NCBI GenBank assembly: GCA_009602725.1
Contig: WELB01000032.1
Span: forward strand, 382,627-418,512
Direction: 5' to 3'
DNA length: 35,886 bases
Source of the DNA: Spirogloea muscicola
Taxonomy: Eukaryota
Made by a program: the position numbers and the translations under genes
The notes under the pieces: model-generated
Databases searched by the model: none
What the model saw: the letters and a program-made list of their open reading frames with translations, nothing else
Told to the model about the DNA's origin: nothing
Shown: positions 35,486-35,886 of the stretch, piece by piece
How positions within the stretch are numbered: the first letter of the stretch is position 1
How the letters are laid out: each line of letters opens with the position of its first letter

Positions 35486-35842
35486 GACGGCGGCGGCGGC
35501 GTGCGGGCCGAGCACTGCGCAGGAAGGAGGGCGGCTGCAGATGTTGGAAGAGCGGCTGTAAAAGCCAGGCAGGTGCATACAGAGGGTGTTCATGACCACA
35601 TCAGCGGAACCATAGGCCACCAGGCAGACAGGGCGCTCTCAGTACCCCCGTGTCAGTAGTTGGAAGTCAGATGCGCTGAGGGGAGAAAGAGCAACCTGCG
35701 CTGAGGTGCGCACCGGGCAGGCTTGCAGCACCCTCGCTGTCTGCGTGCGGACCGAGCCGGCCTGATGAGAGCCCCCGGAGGCCGACTCGCGGGGCCGCAG
35801 CGGGCGCGCGGGCCGGTGTGCGCAGCTTCTGCGTCGTGTGAA

Positions 35843-35886
35843 AGCGGCGGCGGCGGCGGCGGCTGTGGCGGCGGCGGCGGCGGCGG
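35843..35886. repeat. (GGC)n microsatellite upstream of Rab7
   Basis: gcggcggcgg... run to the window end; it reads (GCC)n on the gene's strand. Confidence 0.85.

Noticed and set aside
35705..35716. tgcgcaccg as a fifth copy of the VPS4/METTL13 upstream motif
   Set aside because: Only the short core matches, and it is better explained as a G|GTGCGC splice donor of a Rab7 5'-UTR intron on the minus strand.

Overview
Eukaryotic, GC-rich, intron-dense nuclear DNA from a green plant lineage, most likely a streptophyte alga. That assignment is inferred from a pTAC16 homologue, an At4g24610-family gene and an OBERON/VIN3-type PHD gene. Seven spliced protein-coding genes were reconstructed by hand: (1) an At4g24610-like C2/helical protein (+, 5' end outside the window); (2) pTAC16 (+); (3) VPS4/SKD1 (+, complete, 439 aa); (4) METTL13 (+, two consecutive GC-AG introns); (5) a 2H-phosphoesterase (-, 5' end in a gap); (6) a large gene (+, 5' end in the same gap) joining an OBERON-like N-terminal region, a VIN3-like PHD finger with an in-frame TAG, a coiled coil and a degenerate Nudix-like domain; (7) Rab7/RabG3 (-, complete, 206 aa). 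Intergenic DNA holds a decayed Ty1/copia relic, weaker TE-like fragments, a G-box cluster, a 29-nt motif and a ~170-bp repeat shared between the VPS4 and METTL13 upstream regions, a hairpin cluster, GCC tracts and three N gaps. Family assignments come from remembered motifs, not database searches.
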